Part shown: positions 62,896 through 64,000 of the stretch, one piece after another
Position numbering within the stretch: the stretch's first letter is position 1
Layout: each line of letters opens with the position of its first letter
Assembly (NCBI GenBank): GCA_951406725.2
Contig: OX597831.1
Coordinates: 57,598,001 to 57,662,000, forward strand
Source: Octopus vulgaris
Taxonomy: Eukaryota
Reading direction: 5' to 3'
DNA length: 64,000 nucleotides
Translations under genes and position numbers: made by a program
The notes under the pieces: model-generated
Database searches by the model: none
What the model saw: the letters and a program-made list of their open reading frames with translations, nothing else
Told to the model about the DNA's origin: nothing

Positions 62896-63239
62896 TGATT
62901 CATTTTGTAGATTACTCCACACGTTTTACCTCTCAGCTTCCCAGTCACATCTGTTCTGTCTATCCAGTGAGGGTGGGGTCCCCACTCCTCCTCCTCTCAT
63001 TCCCATATCCTTCTATCTATCACTCCCAACTCATCAGTCGCACTCATCTCTCTCACTCTCACTCATCCCCTTCCTTCCTTCCTCCCACCCTCCCTCTCAG
63101 CCACCATAGCCAGCCATATGTGTTCTCCAGTTTCCTCATTAACAACAGTTTTCACTGACAGTATCTGTCATCATTGATCATATTGTAAATAGATTTCAGG
63201 TTTTACCTCTTCTATGTGGACACCTTCTGGTAGTCTACG

Positions 63240-64000
63240 CTGCTGCCGTTGCCGCCGCTGCTGCTCGTAGTGATGCTGCTATCAACATTAGAGTGGTGGT
63301 GGTGGTGGTGGTGGTGGTGATAGCTGCGGTAGTGGTAGTGGCGATGGTGGTAGTACTGCTACTAATAGTGATGGGGGTTGGTGTTGATGGTGGTTATGGT
63401 GGGGCTAGTATTAAGCTCTTTACTTTTTTTTTTGTTAATGGAAATGATATGATGATGATGATGATGATGATGATACTTGTGGCCACAGCAGCAGTAGTAG
63501 TTGAGGGATGTGATGCTACTGATGATGGTGGTGGTCGTGGTGGTCGTGGTCGTGGTGTGCTGTAATAGGTGATAGTTTGAGTGGTGATGTTATAAGAGAG
63601 AGGGAGGTGGGGAGGGAGAGAGAGGGGGAGAGGGATTGTTAATAATTGTTTCTCTTTAACTTGATGAAACATTAAGAATGATGATAATGATGGCCACTAA
63701 AATGATAATGTTGTGGTTGGTGTCAGTTTGTGTGTGTGTGTGTGTATGTGTGTGTGTATGTATGTGTGTGTGTATGTGTGTGTGTCTATGAGGTAGTGGC
63801 ACAGGTTCCATCTAATATCAACAATTGGGTGAGTGATGTAAGAGACTTAGTGCACAGACAGATGGTGGTGGTGGTAGTAGTGGTCATGATAATGATGACG
63901 GTAATGGTAGTGGCGGTAGAGGTGATGGCGATAGTAGAAATGATGATGATGATGATGATGGTTTAATTTTAGGTAGGTTAAAATAGTAGTGATGGTATTG
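63240..64000. repeat. Low-complexity GGT/GAT/GT repeats
   Basis: Seen directly; source of the poly-V and poly-M ORFs. Confidence 0.85.

Noticed and set aside
62198-63158. 303-aa and overlapping L/S/P/F-rich ORFs
   Set aside because: Artefacts of the CT-rich minisatellite.

Overview
AT-rich, repeat-dominated animal genomic DNA. The SINE, RTE-LINE and microsatellite content is typical of octopus (coleoid cephalopod); this is an inference from repeat content. The only convincing long CDS belongs to an apparently intact, full-length RTE-clade LINE (~42.4-46.5 kb). It encodes an APE endonuclease and a reverse transcriptase with a PHD-type C4HC3 finger inserted in the RT, and it has a candidate in-frame spliceosomal intron at its 5' end. 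Short 5'-truncated copies of its (GAT)n-tailed 3' UTR occur throughout the window, often inside (TA)n/(CA)n arrays. The rest is a mosaic of at least three tRNA-derived SINE families, piggyBac-, hAT-, mariner- and GG-terminal (Merlin-like) MITEs, Helitron/Helentron elements, CR1-group, RTE and Penelope fragments, and long microsatellites. Notable small features are several Penelope-type minimal hammerhead ribozyme motifs (three with a non-canonical core), a decayed tRNA-Asp joined to an RTE tail, and a short internally deleted RTE element with a structured 5' module. No host protein-coding gene could be identified, only low-confidence candidate exons. Nearly all other ORFs in the track are artefacts of microsatellites and SINEs.
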